From Dehalococcoidia bacterium (lineage in GTDB: Bacteria; Chloroflexota; Dehalococcoidia; Lucifugimonadales; UBA3495): DNA of 64,000 bases. The stretch covers positions 63,930 to 127,929 of the forward strand of contig JASLXV010000025.1 in assembly GCA_030740155.1 (NCBI GenBank). The letters run 5' to 3'. The position numbers were made by a program, and so were the translations under genes. Shown here one piece after another: positions 50,902-60,218 of this stretch; within the stretch, counting starts at the first letter, position 1; every line of letters starts with the position of its first letter. Below the pieces are notes generated by a model. That model was not told where the DNA came from. It saw only the letters and a program-made list of their open reading frames with translations, and did not search any database.

Positions 50902-51873
50902 TCACGCCTGGGGCGCCACGGGTGCGTAAGGGGAGGGAGAGTCCACCTGGAACACCTTCACCGGCCGCCAGGCGTTCGCCGCCCGGTCAAAGCGGACCAG
51001 GGCCAAAAATTGGCCGTCGGAGTTATAGGCTCGGAACGGTTCCAGGTACCCGGCATCCACCCCCGTGCCCCCCAAACTGACCGATTGGCCGTGGCGTAGA
51101 TACTGCTCGGCTTGGCGGCCGACGGTAACACTCTTCAGGTCCCGCAAGACCCAATCTATGGGGTGTAAGTAGTGCAGCCAGCCGCCTGGCTGGGCGGCGG
51201 CTTCCTCCAGGTCTTCCAGGGTCACCGACTCGTCGGCATGGAACCCGCCGCTGGAAAGACGGACCAGGTCCGCCACGTGTCCCCCGCAGCCGAGGGTTGC
51301 GCCCAAATCGTGGGCCAGGGAGCGTATGTAGGCCCCCCGGCCGCTTTCAACGTCCAAAACCAGACTTGGGGGAGAAAAATCCACGACCCGGATGCTGAAT
51401 ATCTCCACGGGCCGGGTCTCCCGCTCCACCTCGATGCCGGCGCGGGCCAGCTTGTACAACCGCTGCCCCTGGATCTTGATGGCGCTGTACATGGGCGGGG
51501 TCTGCTGAATGAGGCCTATGAAGGACTGCAACGCCATCTCGACCATCTCCGAGGTCAGCCCTGTCACGTCCCCGGTCGAGGTGGTCTGGCCCTCGGCGTC
51601 GTAGGTGGTGGTGGCTACTCCAAGGGTGATCTCCACCAAATACCGCTTTCGGCCCGCCACCACGTGGTCCATCAAGCGAGTTGCCTGGCCGAAGCAGACC
51701 GGCAGGATCCCTCGGGCCAGAGGGTCCATGGTGCCGCCGTGCCCAACCTTGTGGCGTTGGCCGGCGATGCGTTTTACCCGGCGCAGGGCGTCCATGGAGG
51801 TGATTCCCGGCGGTTTGTAGAGGTTGACAAACCCGTCAATGGACGGCTGGTCGTTGTGCTTGGGTTTGGCCAT
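50902..51873 (-). CDS. truB: tRNA pseudouridine(55) synthase TruB
   Basis: KPPGITS, KVGHGGTMDPLA.G, Q.PPMYSAIK..G..LY.LAR.G, G.YIRSLA.DLG. Confidence 0.97.
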   Translation of the reverse strand: MAKPKHNDQPSIDGFVNLYKPPGITSMDALRRVKRIAGQRHKVGHGGTMDPLARGILPVCFGQATRLMDHVVAGRKRYLVEITLGVATTTYDAEGQTTSTGDVTGLTSEMVEMALQSFIGLIQQTPPMYSAIKIQGQRLYKLARAGIEVERETRPVEIFSIRVVDFSPPSLVLDVESGRGAYIRSLAHDLGATLGCGGHVADLVRLSSGGFHADESVTLEDLEEAAAQPGGWLHYLHPIDWVLRDLKSVTVGRQAEQYLRHGQSVSLGGTGVDAGYLEPFRAYNSDGQFLALVRFDRAANAWRPVKVFQVDSPSPYAPVAPQA

Positions 51874-51876
51874 ACG

Positions 51877-52296
51877 TCAGTTGCTGCGGGAGGAGGAGGC
51901 TAGGGGGCCGCCGCTCCTGTCATCCACTTCTATTATCGACTCCAGATCGGGCTCGTTCTCCCGAATAGTGTTCATGATCTCCAGCAGGTGGCCGGTCTCT
52001 TCGAGAGATTCATCGAGAGAGAATGTCAAGAAGGGAGTGTGGCGCAGCGTGAGACGCGGCCGCAACTCTCGCCGCAAGAAGGAAGCGGCGGACCGGATCC
52101 CTTTGAGGGCGGTTAGTTTGGTTTCCGGATCCCCCATGACACTCAGGAATACCTCGGCGGACCGAAGGTCGTTGGATGTCCTGACCCGGGTGATGCTGAT
52201 CACCACCCGTAGGCGCGGGTCTTTTATCTGACGGGCCAACAATAGGCTGATTTCCTGGCGCAACAGTTCATTGACACGTTCGATACGCCTGGGCAT
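51877..52296 (-). CDS. rbfA: Ribosome-binding factor A
   Basis: RIERVNELL..EIS, KDPRL, S.DL..A.V, LR.TP.L.F..D.S. Confidence 0.96.
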   Translation of the reverse strand: MPRRIERVNELLRQEISLLLARQIKDPRLRVVISITRVRTSNDLRSAEVFLSVMGDPETKLTALKGIRSAASFLRRELRPRLTLRHTPFLTFSLDESLEETGHLLEIMNTIRENEPDLESIIEVDDRSGGPLASSSRSN

Positions 52297-52359
52297 ATAT
52301 GGTGTCCCCCGATTCGGGTGGTGAAGAGGTTGGGCGGGGACCGGCGCCCGATCGTTAAA

Positions 52360-54192
52360 CTAACGGCGGCCCGCTTCCAGGCGGTGGGCTTCCACGATAT
52401 CACCCTCCTGGAAGTCGTTGAAGCCTTGAAGGGTGATCCCGCAATCGCTGCCGGCAGTCATCTCGGTGACTTCGTCGCGGAAATGGCGCAGGCTAGCGAT
52501 GGTGGTTTCGTGAACGACTTGGCCGTCCCGCATGATCCGCACGTTGGCGCCCCGGTTTACACGGCCCTCGGTGACCCGGCACCCGGCGATCTGCGCGCCC
52601 CGGCGGGATGAGAATAGCTCCCGGATCTCGGCGCGCCCCACGACAACATCGGTTTGGACAGGATCGAGCATACCGTGCAACCCACGGTCCACGTCATCGA
52701 TCAACTGGTAGATGATGTCGTAGCGGCGAATTTCCACGCCCATCCGCTCGGCCAACCGTTCCGCGCTGGACTCGGTTCCCACCGTGAAACCGAAGATCAC
52801 GGCCTTAGACGCGCTGGCCAGCATGACGTCGGACTCGGTAACCGAGCCGCAGCCGGTGTGCAAAATGCGGACCATGGCCTCCTCGGCGCCCATGCCTTCC
52901 AGTGCCTGACGCACGGCCTCCACACTGCCTTGTACATCGGCCTTGAGGACCAGTTTCAGCTCTTTGACATCACCAGAGTCGATCTGTTTGACTATCTCGT
53001 CCAGGGTCAAGGCCCGGGTTTGGCCCTGCCGGATGGATTGAATCTTTTCCCGTTCCCCAACAGTGGCCCTGGCCGCCCGCTCGTTGGCTACAACCGAGAA
53101 TAGGTCTCCAGCCTCCGGGACGGCGCCAAAACCCAGAATTTCGCCCGGTTCCGCCGGCATGACGCTTTTCACGGGCTTGCCCTGGTAGTTGTTAATAGCC
53201 TTGATCCGCCCCCAAACGTTTCCGGCGACGATCTGGTCGCCGACTTTGAGGGTGCCATCCTGCACCAACACGGTGGCGGTTGGGCCACGCTTTCGGTCTA
53301 GCCTGGCCTCAATGACCACTCCGGTGGCGGGCCGGTCCTGGTTGGCCTTTAGTTCCGCGAGTTCGGCTACCACCAGGAGGTTCTCCAACAGGTCGTCGAT
53401 ACCGTCCCCAGTACGGGCGGAAACCTGCACGGAGATCACGTCACCCCCCCAGTCCTCGACCAACAGCTCCTGCTCGCTGAGCTGGCGCTTGACCCGCTCC
53501 GGATCGGCTCCCGGCAGGTCCATTTTGTTGATGGCGACGACGATGGAGACGCCGGCCGCCTTGGCGTGGTTGATGGCTTCCACCGACTGGGGCATCAGCC
53601 CGTCATCGGCCGCCACCACCAGGACGGCGATATCGGTAATCTTGGCGCCGCGGGCCCGGATCGCGGTGAAGGCCTCGTGGCCCGGAGTGTCCAGGAAAGT
53701 GATCAACTGGCCCTGGCACTCTACTTGGTAGGCGCCGATGTGTTGGGTGATGCCGCCCACCTCTCGCTCGGCCACCCGAGTCCGTCGAATGGTATCCAGC
53801 AGGCTCGTTTTCCCGTGGTCCACGTGTCCCAGAATGGTAACCACCGGTGGCCGGGGGCTCAGGCTGGCCTGGTCCTCAGGTTCTTCGGGTCCGGGGCCTG
53901 CCGCGGCCTCCGGCTCACTGGTTTCGGCAAGGGTGGTGTGGATGCCCAAGGCGGCGGTCACCAATGTGGCCACCTGATAGTCGATGACCTGGTTCATCGA
54001 TGCCATTATGCCGTTGCGCATCAATTGCTTGATGATGTCGATGGGGTTTTGGGAGGAGAGTTCCGCCAATCGTTGGACGGTCAGGGTCTGGGGCAATACC
54101 AAGACCCTAGCCCTGGCCCGCCGCCCTTCGGCTGGTCTCCGGCGGGCCCCGCCTCGCTCGTCGATTGATGTAGGTCGTCCCTCAGGTGTCAT
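52360..54192 (-). CDS. infB: Translation initiation factor IF-2 (short N-terminus)
   Basis: [50 protein letters not shown]. Confidence 0.98.
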   Translation of the reverse strand: MTPEGRPTSIDERGGARRRPAEGRRARARVLVLPQTLTVQRLAELSSQNPIDIIKQLMRNGIMASMNQVIDYQVATLVTAALGIHTTLAETSEPEAAAGPGPEEPEDQASLSPRPPVVTILGHVDHGKTSLLDTIRRTRVAEREVGGITQHIGAYQVECQGQLITFLDTPGHEAFTAIRARGAKITDIAVLVVAADDGLMPQSVEAINHAKAAGVSIVVAINKMDLPGADPERVKRQLSEQELLVEDWGGDVISVQVSARTGDGIDDLLENLLVVAELAELKANQDRPATGVVIEARLDRKRGPTATVLVQDGTLKVGDQIVAGNVWGRIKAINNYQGKPVKSVMPAEPGEILGFGAVPEAGDLFSVVANERAARATVGEREKIQSIRQGQTRALTLDEIVKQIDSGDVKELKLVLKADVQGSVEAVRQALEGMGAEEAMVRILHTGCGSVTESDVMLASASKAVIFGFTVGTESSAERLAERMGVEIRRYDIIYQLIDDVDRGLHGMLDPVQTDVVVGRAEIRELFSSRRGAQIAGCRVTEGRVNRGANVRIMRDGQVVHETTIASLRHFRDEVTEMTAGSDCGITLQGFNDFQEGDIVEAHRLEAGRR

Positions 54193-54489
54193 TTATGATT
54201 CCTTAGATTCTGTCGCAACTATCGCCTCTTGGTGGAAGGCCAACAGTTGGGACCGGTCTTGGGCGGACAGGGTAATCTTGAGACTTCGCTCAAGTCCGCC
54301 TTTGTGAACCCCTTTCTGCCAGCAGCCGGGAGACCAGCACAGGTATGCACCTCTTCCGGCGCCCTTGCCGGTCCGGTCCGCCACCACGGCCCCATCGGGG
54401 GTCCGCAATATCCGCACCAAATTTCTTTTGGGGAGCTTCTGTCCGCAGGCAACGCAACTGCGCTCCGGTATGTGCCGCTCCTTGGCCAA
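54193..54489 (-). CDS. ylxR: YlxR/RnpM family RNA-binding protein
   Basis: HIPERSCVAC, K..LVRI, GRGAYLC....C; between nusA and infB. Confidence 0.93.
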   Translation of the reverse strand: MAKERHIPERSCVACGQKLPKRNLVRILRTPDGAVVADRTGKGAGRGAYLCWSPGCWQKGVHKGGLERSLKITLSAQDRSQLLAFHQEAIVATESKES

Positions 54490-54520
54490 CGCCCCTCTCT
54501 CCAGATTGGGCTCCCGGCCG

Positions 54521-56143
54521 TCAGCGCCCGCCGCGCTGGCCTCGGCCCCCCGCTCCTGACCGTTGCCGGCCCTTGCGGTCCCGGCGGCCGCCGCCGCGCT
54601 CGTCTACCAGGTCCTCGGCGAACCTGATCTTTCCGGCGTCGGGAGTGAGCACCGGCAGCGAAGGCAGCGCCTCCAGATCCTCGGCCGGTCCATCGTAATC
54701 CTCATCCAGCAGGCCCACGTCTTCAAGGGTGAAGGACTCCAGTTCTTCGACGCTGAAGCCGGCGCCCGGCTCTTCAGGAGCTTCGGCCTCGGTTTCGCGC
54801 GTCACTTCCTCTTCCTCTTCCTCTTGGATCAAAGCCTCGAGGATCTTCTCCTCGTCAAGCTCTGCGTCGGCGGCGCTAGGCGCCTCATCCGACACCGACA
54901 TAGCCTCGAGGGCTTCCTCTGCCGCCACCTTCGTGGCCTCGGTCACCTCGACAACGTCCGCGGCGGCGTCTCCGGCCACTACTTCCAGGTCAGCTTCGGC
55001 GACCGCGCCGGCAGTGGCGTCTTCGGAGGCGGCCTCGGCTTCCGGGACCACCTTGCCCGCGGCCTCTTCCTGGGCCCGTCGCAGACGCTCTTCTCGCAGC
55101 GTCTCCCACTCGGTGAGGCCCTTGATATCCAGCCGCCAGCCGGTGAGCCGGGCGGCCAGTCTGGTGTTCTGGCCTTCTCTGCCGATGGCAAGGGATAGCT
55201 GCCGGTCGGGGACCACCACGGTGGCCGTTAGATCGTCCAGAGAGAGTTCCACGTGGGTCGGCGCCGAAGGACTGAGGGCCTTGGTGATAAACACCGTGGG
55301 GTCTTTGTCCCAGGATACAACGTCGATCTTCTCCCCCTGGAGTTCGTTGACGATGCTCTGTATCCGGTTGCCCCGTATGCCGATGCACGAGCCTACCGGG
55401 TCGATCCCTGGCTGGGTGGCGGTAACAGCCACCTTGCTGCGGAAGCCGGCCTCCCGGGCAATGGCCTTGATCTCCACGACCCCGTTGTACACTTCGGGCA
55501 CTTCGATCTCGAACAGCCGCTTCAGCATATTCCGATGGCTTCGGGATACGATGATCTCCGGCCCTTTGGGTCCGTTGCGCACGCTCACCACGTAGACCTT
55601 CGTGCGCTGGCCCTTCCGGTACCGTTCGGTGGGCACCTGTTCTTCATAGGGCAAAATGGCCTGGGCACGACCCAGGTCCAGGGTGATCGCGCGGCCGGAA
55701 TCGGTCTGCTCGATAACACCGGAGATGATATCACTCTCGTGCTGGAAGAACTCCTGGTAGAGGAGTTCCCGTTCCGCCTCACGAAGCCGCTGTAAGACGA
55801 CTTGCTTGGCGGTTTGGGCGGCAATCCGGCTGGCATTGTGGGGCATCGGCTCTGCCTCAGCCACCTCGTCGCCCAACTCGGCGGTCTGCTTGGTGCCTTG
55901 GGCATCGGCAAGACTGATCTCCCGTGACGAGTCCTCAACGGTCTCGACCACGGTTTTCAATGCATAAACGGCGACCTCCCCAGTGTTGGGGTTCAGCTTG
56001 ACCGTTATATTTTGCTCCAGCTCCGGATTGTCTTTTTTGAACGCTGAAGCGTAGGCCAACTCAATAGCCAGAAGCACCTGCTCTCTGGGCAGGTGGCGCT
56101 CCGCGGCCAGTTGCGTCAGCGCGATTAGAAAGTCGCTTTTCAC
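54521..56143 (-). CDS. nusA: Transcription factor NusA with long acidic C-terminal extension
   Basis: RIAAQTAKQV, LFEIEVPE, AREAG.RSKVAV, GEKIDV, QLSLAIGREGQN.RLAARLTG. Confidence 0.98.
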   Translation of the reverse strand: MKSDFLIALTQLAAERHLPREQVLLAIELAYASAFKKDNPELEQNITVKLNPNTGEVAVYALKTVVETVEDSSREISLADAQGTKQTAELGDEVAEAEPMPHNASRIAAQTAKQVVLQRLREAERELLYQEFFQHESDIISGVIEQTDSGRAITLDLGRAQAILPYEEQVPTERYRKGQRTKVYVVSVRNGPKGPEIIVSRSHRNMLKRLFEIEVPEVYNGVVEIKAIAREAGFRSKVAVTATQPGIDPVGSCIGIRGNRIQSIVNELQGEKIDVVSWDKDPTVFITKALSPSAPTHVELSLDDLTATVVVPDRQLSLAIGREGQNTRLAARLTGWRLDIKGLTEWETLREERLRRAQEEAAGKVVPEAEAASEDATAGAVAEADLEVVAGDAAADVVEVTEATKVAAEEALEAMSVSDEAPSAADAELDEEKILEALIQEEEEEEVTRETEAEAPEEPGAGFSVEELESFTLEDVGLLDEDYDGPAEDLEALPSLPVLTPDAGKIRFAEDLVDERGGGRRDRKGRQRSGAGGRGQRGGR

Positions 56144-56189
56144 CGCAAAGCCCCCTTTGCGAAGTTGCCCGGAACCCGCCTTGGCTCCA

Positions 56190-56219
56190 TCAGCAAGAAA
56201 GCGGGATCACCCCGCTTTC
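56190..56219 (-). promoter_or_regulatory. rimP/nusA-leader-like hairpin upstream of nusA
   Basis: GAAAGCGGG-GTGAT-CCCGCTTTC-TTG; TATACT -10 box at 56243-56248. Confidence 0.55.
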
Positions 56220-56435
56220 CGAAGGAAGCACTATGTGGTCTGAGTATAGCACCGCCCGGTGGCGGTGACAAGGGCCGAGCGACTAGCTCCACGCTCCCCT
56301 CCGAGTCCAATCGCGGACCCGGAGGAGCCGTGTGAGGTGATTGACCGAGCCCCCTGCGCCGAACCTGGCAGCCCGGCGGCGGCGCTGGTTCTCGCTGGTT
56401 CTAATGATGGCAAATCGCGCCGTGCCGCGCGCTCA

Positions 56436-57386
56436 CTACCACCAGATCGTGCCCTTGGACTCCTTCGCCAACTGCTCGTAATCTTTGGTCCACAGTGCGG
56501 TGCTTAGGTATTTCCAGCCGCCGTCAGCCAGCAAGCACACGATGGTGCCCCGGTCCATGCGCTCGGCTTGCCGCAGCGCTCCGTACACCACCGACCCCGA
56601 GGAGATGCCGGCGAAGATTCCTTCCTGCGACAGCAACTCTTTCGTGGTCCTGAAGGCGTCAAGGCTGCTCACCAGCATCCTCGAGTCGAGCAGACTGAGG
56701 TCCAAGATCGGCGGGATGAAGCCCTCATCCAAATTCCTCAGCCCGGAAATGAAGTCGTCGGGCTCGGGCGCCACCGCCACAATCTTGATCCGTGGATCGT
56801 GTTCCTTCAGCCGGCGGGCAACCCCCATGAGGGTGCCTCCGGTCCCCAACCCGGCCACGAACATGTCGACTTCCGGGACGGCGTCCACTATCTCTTGGCC
56901 CGTGGTTTCATAATGGGCCCCCGGGTTACCCTGGTTGCCGTACTGGTACAGCATCAGGTATTGGCTCGGGTTTTTCTCGACCAGGTCCTTGGCCACCTCG
57001 ATCGCGCCGTTGGTGCCCCGCGAGCCGTTGGAGAAGATGATTTCCGCCCCATAGGCATGCAGCAGCTGGGTTCGCTCGGCACTCACGTTTTCCGGCATGA
57101 CCACGGCTACCTTGTAGCCTTTGAGGCGGGCGATCATCGCCAAGGAGATGCCCGTATTGCCGCTGGTGGGTTCCAGGATGGTGCGGTTGGGGGATATTTC
57201 CCCGTCCAACTCCGCTTGCTCTATCATCTTCAAGGCGATGCGGTCCTTGACGCTGCCGGTGGGGTTTTGTCCCTCCAGCTTGACGAAGATCCGCACCTCT
57301 TGCCTGGGGCTCATGCTCTGGAGTTCCACCACGGGGGTGTTGCCGATGGTCGCGAGGATCCCCTTATAGGTCAGCTTGGTAACCAT
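56436..57386 (-). CDS. cysM: PLP-dependent cysteine synthase (CysM-like)
   Basis: IGNTP, KLEGQNPTGSVKDR, EPTSGNTGI, QYGN..N..AHY..TG.EI, GLGTGGTLMG, ADGGWKYLST (as in mycobacterial CysM). Confidence 0.9.
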   Translation of the reverse strand: MVTKLTYKGILATIGNTPVVELQSMSPRQEVRIFVKLEGQNPTGSVKDRIALKMIEQAELDGEISPNRTILEPTSGNTGISLAMIARLKGYKVAVVMPENVSAERTQLLHAYGAEIIFSNGSRGTNGAIEVAKDLVEKNPSQYLMLYQYGNQGNPGAHYETTGQEIVDAVPEVDMFVAGLGTGGTLMGVARRLKEHDPRIKIVAVAPEPDDFISGLRNLDEGFIPPILDLSLLDSRMLVSSLDAFRTTKELLSQEGIFAGISSGSVVYGALRQAERMDRGTIVCLLADGGWKYLSTALWTKDYEQLAKESKGTIWW

Positions 57387-57579
57387 GGTTATATCTATTC
57401 CTTGCAACGCCCGGGCAACGCCTGGCCGCTGGTGACCGAAGTTGGCCGTCATTGGGTTATGCCGGCCGAAGCCCCATAACCTAACCAACCGGGCCAACTG
57501 GATACCCAGCTAAAGTCCGGCGACCCGTGCGCTAATTTCCTTGTCTTTCCGGAATCAAGCTGCCGCAGTGCGGCAATGC

Positions 57580-58422
57580 TCAGTCGGAGGCTACTGAGGC
57601 TGTCTCCGGGGCTCCCAGCCCGCAGAAAATCTCGTAGTCGATCAACTCCGTGACGGTGGGATTGTCGCCGCACAGCGGGCAAGCCTTGTTCCTCTTCAGC
57701 CTCACTTCGCGGAAGCTCATGCTCAGGGCGTCGATGAGGATCAGGCGGGAGCTGAGAGACTCGCCGATGCCCAGCAGCAGCTTGAGGGCTTCAGTCGCCT
57801 GGATGCTGCCCACCAGACCGGTGAGGGCCCCCAGGACGCCGGCCTCGGCGCAGTTGGGGACCATGCCCGGTGGTGGAGGGGAAGGAAAGAGACAGCGATA
57901 GCACCCTTCCCCGGGCATGAAGACGGTGGTCTGGCCATCGAAGATCAAGATACTGCCGTCCACCAGGGGTTTCCCCGCCAGGTAGCAGGCGTCGTTGACC
58001 AGGTAGCGGGTGGCGAAATTGTCCGCCCCGTTGACCACCAAGTCGTACTGGCTTATGATCTCCATGGCGTTTTCCGATTCGAGTCTGGTTTCGTGCATCA
58101 CCACGTTGACGCCGGGGTTGTAGGAATTGATGTTGTCCCGGGCCGATTCCAGCTTGGACCGTCCCACGTCCGCGGTGTGGTGCAGGATCTGCCGTTGCAA
58201 GTTGGAGAGGTCAACCACGTCGAAGTCCACGATGCCGATGGTCCCTACCCCCGCCAAGGCCAAGTAGATGGCCGAGGGCGAGCCCAGGCCGCCGGCGCCG
58301 ACGATTAGGGCCTTGGCCCCGAGCAGCTTCCGCTGGCCCCCGCTGCCGACATCGCCCATGATAATGTGGCGGCTGTAGCGTTTTACTTCATCTGGTGTCA
58401 AAACCACCGGCTTTTCGGCCAT
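57580..58422 (-). CDS. moeB: MoeB/ThiF/MoeZ-type adenylyltransferase (no rhodanese domain)
   Basis: RYSRH, GAGGLGSP, D.SNLQRQILH, DNF.TRYL.NDAC, CYRC, C.EAGVLG, CPLCG; AAGGAGG SD. Confidence 0.9.
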   Translation of the reverse strand: MAEKPVVLTPDEVKRYSRHIIMGDVGSGGQRKLLGAKALIVGAGGLGSPSAIYLALAGVGTIGIVDFDVVDLSNLQRQILHHTADVGRSKLESARDNINSYNPGVNVVMHETRLESENAMEIISQYDLVVNGADNFATRYLVNDACYLAGKPLVDGSILIFDGQTTVFMPGEGCYRCLFPSPPPPGMVPNCAEAGVLGALTGLVGSIQATEALKLLLGIGESLSSRLILIDALSMSFREVRLKRNKACPLCGDNPTVTELIDYEIFCGLGAPETASVASD

Positions 58423-58521
58423 GGTAGGCTTTCCTCCTTGCAATTCCGTTCCGCTTGGTTTGTTTTCTAGGTTCGTTGTCGTTGATGGCGCTGCCTTCGG
58501 GAAGGCGAGCGCGGCCCCGTC

Positions 58522-58576
58522 ACACAAAAAACCTGCGCTTCCCCTGGTGGGCAACCCATTCCGGGCGGGCGCAGGC
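58522..58576 (-). terminator. Attenuator (intrinsic terminator) in the moeB-cysM leader
   Basis: CCTGCGC...GCGCAGG followed by TTTTTTGTGT on the minus strand, ~100 nt before the moeB start. Confidence 0.75.
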
Positions 58577-58605
58577 TTCAAAAGCAACGGCGCGATGCCC
58601 TCCCC

Positions 58606-58665
58606 CTAAGAAGGGGGACAGGTACAAGTGCAGTCGTAGTTGAGGGTGAGTCCGGTGTGTTTCAT
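58606..58665 (-). CDS. Putative cysteine-rich leader peptide MKHTGLTLNYDCTCTCPPS
   Basis: ATG AAA CAC ACC GGA CTC ACC CTC AAC TAC GAC TGC ACT TGT ACC TGT CCC CCT TCT TAG, between a promoter and a terminator upstream of cysteine-synthesis genes. Confidence 0.7.
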   Translation of the reverse strand: MKHTGLTLNYDCTCTCPPS

Positions 58666-58676
58666 CGATTTTCCTG

Positions 58677-58705
58677 AGTCTATCCCCGGTGATTTGGCTT
58701 GTCAA
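58677..58705 (-). promoter_or_regulatory. Promoter of the leader-moeB-cysM transcript
   Basis: TTGACA-17 nt-TAGACT on the minus strand. Confidence 0.75.
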
Positions 58706-58808
58706 GATAGCCGGTTCCAGGCCCGCTACCCCCAGAAGTTCCGAAGTTCCTCGGCTCCCACAAGAACGTTAGATGCCCTTGGGCCGGTTTGGATTCCGCA
58801 GGCCAGCG

Positions 58809-59237
58809 TTACGCTGGCTGCTTGGCCAGCCGCTGGTGGCGTTGCGCCAAATCGGCTAGGCTGATGTTGCGAAGCACGTCGCGGACGGCATCTTCCACCG
58901 ACTTCCAGACCTCTTGCTGGGCGCAAGTCTCGGAAAAAATGCAGTCGTTCGGGTGGATCAAGCAGTCCAATGGAGAAATACTGCCGTCCAGGGTGCTCAT
59001 CACCATGTGCAGATCGATCTCGGATGGGTCCATGGCCAGACGGTGCCCGCCCTGGGGTCCCCGCCGGCTGATCACCAACCCAAATTTGTGAAGAGAGGTC
59101 ATCAGTTGGTCCAGGTAGGCCTCTGGGATACCCTGCTTGCCGGCGATGTCCGCTGTTTGGATCTGGCCCTTGCCGTAGTGCAAGGCTAGTTCCACCATCG
59201 CCCGCACCCCGTAATCCACTTTCATCGGAATTCTCAT
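58809..59237 (-). CDS. Rrf2-family regulator (IscR/CymR-like, three Cys)
   Basis: K.DYGVRAMVELA, IA..Q.IP..YL.QL...L...GLV.S.RGP.GG..LA, LDC.....DC.....C. Confidence 0.93.
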   Translation of the reverse strand: MRIPMKVDYGVRAMVELALHYGKGQIQTADIAGKQGIPEAYLDQLMTSLHKFGLVISRRGPQGGHRLAMDPSEIDLHMVMSTLDGSISPLDCLIHPNDCIFSETCAQQEVWKSVEDAVRDVLRNISLADLAQRHQRLAKQPA

Positions 59238-59269
59238 CGCACCCACCTTCGAACCGCTCCAAGACGCTA

Positions 59270-59321
59270 ATTATAGCATCGGCGGGGGGGTATTTCCAAC
59301 ATTGTCTATATACTTAGTCAA
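59270..59321 (-). promoter_or_regulatory. rrf2 promoter (TGnTATAAT) and IscR-like inverted-repeat operator
   Basis: Extended -10 at 59270-59278; TTGTCTA-N6-TAGTCAA at 59302-59321. Confidence 0.55.
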
Positions 59322-59457
59322 CAAACTCGGCCCAGGTCCGGTCATCCTGGTGACACCGGACAGGCCTCCTGGAACCTGTGTCCCTGGGTGAAATCCAACA
59401 TGTGTCTACCTGTTTCCGCGAGGTGGATTTGCCTCAAACCGTCACCGGTACGAAAGT

Positions 59458-59491
59458 GTCATGCTGAGCCGGGCGCAGCGGCGAGGCATCT
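59458..59491. repeat. Degenerate REP-like unit GTCATGCTGAGC...GCGAGGCATCT
   Basis: Resembles GTCATGCTGAGCGCAGCGAAGCATCT-type intergenic repeats; partial GCGAAGCATCTG also at ~988. Confidence 0.4.
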
Positions 59492-59555
59492 GGGGTGCTG
59501 ATCAGGCAAGACTACCCGAGACGGCGCGGTGTTCGGGCGGTGTTTCGGCAGAAAG

Positions 59556-59966
59556 CTACGGCTGTTCCTGCACCACCAAGCAGGTGCCGAGGCCTTGAGC
59601 GATCACCTTGTCCTGCTGGTCGGTCACCTTCATGTCGGCCACGATAACGCGGCGGCCGGCGCTGAGCACCCGGGAAGTCGCGGTCAACACCCCGTCCTTA
59701 GCCGCCGAGATGAAGTTGACCTTCAACTCTACGGTCACGGTGCTCTGTCCGGGGCGCAGCACCGAATCCGCCGCCCGGTAAAAGGCGTAGTCGGCCAGGG
59801 CTACGATCAATCCGCCCTGGACCACCCCGGCATCTTGCATGAAGGTGTCGTGGATTGTCATGGTGGCGCTGCCCACTCCGTCGGCGCGGAGGCCGGGGCG
59901 CATGTCCAGCATCTTGGCAAAGGGTGCTTCGTACTCTGACTCGGATTCAGGTCTTTCGGTACCCAA
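59556..59966 (-). CDS. PaaI-family thioesterase
   Basis: PF...L.M, GVVQGGL...LAD, TVELKVNF, GRR....D.V.D...K.IA; TTG start with AGGAG SD. Confidence 0.88.
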   Translation of the reverse strand: MGTERPESESEYEAPFAKMLDMRPGLRADGVGSATMTIHDTFMQDAGVVQGGLIVALADYAFYRAADSVLRPGQSTVTVELKVNFISAAKDGVLTATSRVLSAGRRVIVADMKVTDQQDKVIAQGLGTCLVVQEQP

Positions 59967-60218
59967 TAGCAGCGACTCCTGTAAGTTGCCTGTATTTCGC
60001 CTGTAGTTTGATGGATTCGCCGCCACGCATCGATCGTGGGTTTCGCGGCCGGCGTTTCGTCCACCCAGTATACCCTCGGTGGGGACGTCCTGCCACGGAG
60101 ACCGCGGAACCGGGCGCACGGCCCCGCAGTCGAGCAATGGCGCTGCGTGGACTGTTTTGTCTATAATGGGAAAACATCCGGGCCGGCCCGGAAAACAGCG
60201 GTGCCTGCGGACGAGGGA

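Noticed and set aside
56210..56232. SRP RNA core (CCGAAGGAAGCA)
   Set aside because: Lacks the preceding CAGG and the long flanking helix; it overlaps the nusA leader hairpin.
58720..58808. SAM or other riboswitch ahead of the cysteine genes
   Set aside because: No SAM-I (ATC.AGAG...GCAACC...GTGC) or T-box consensus, and the segment lies upstream of the promoter. The leader-peptide model fits better.
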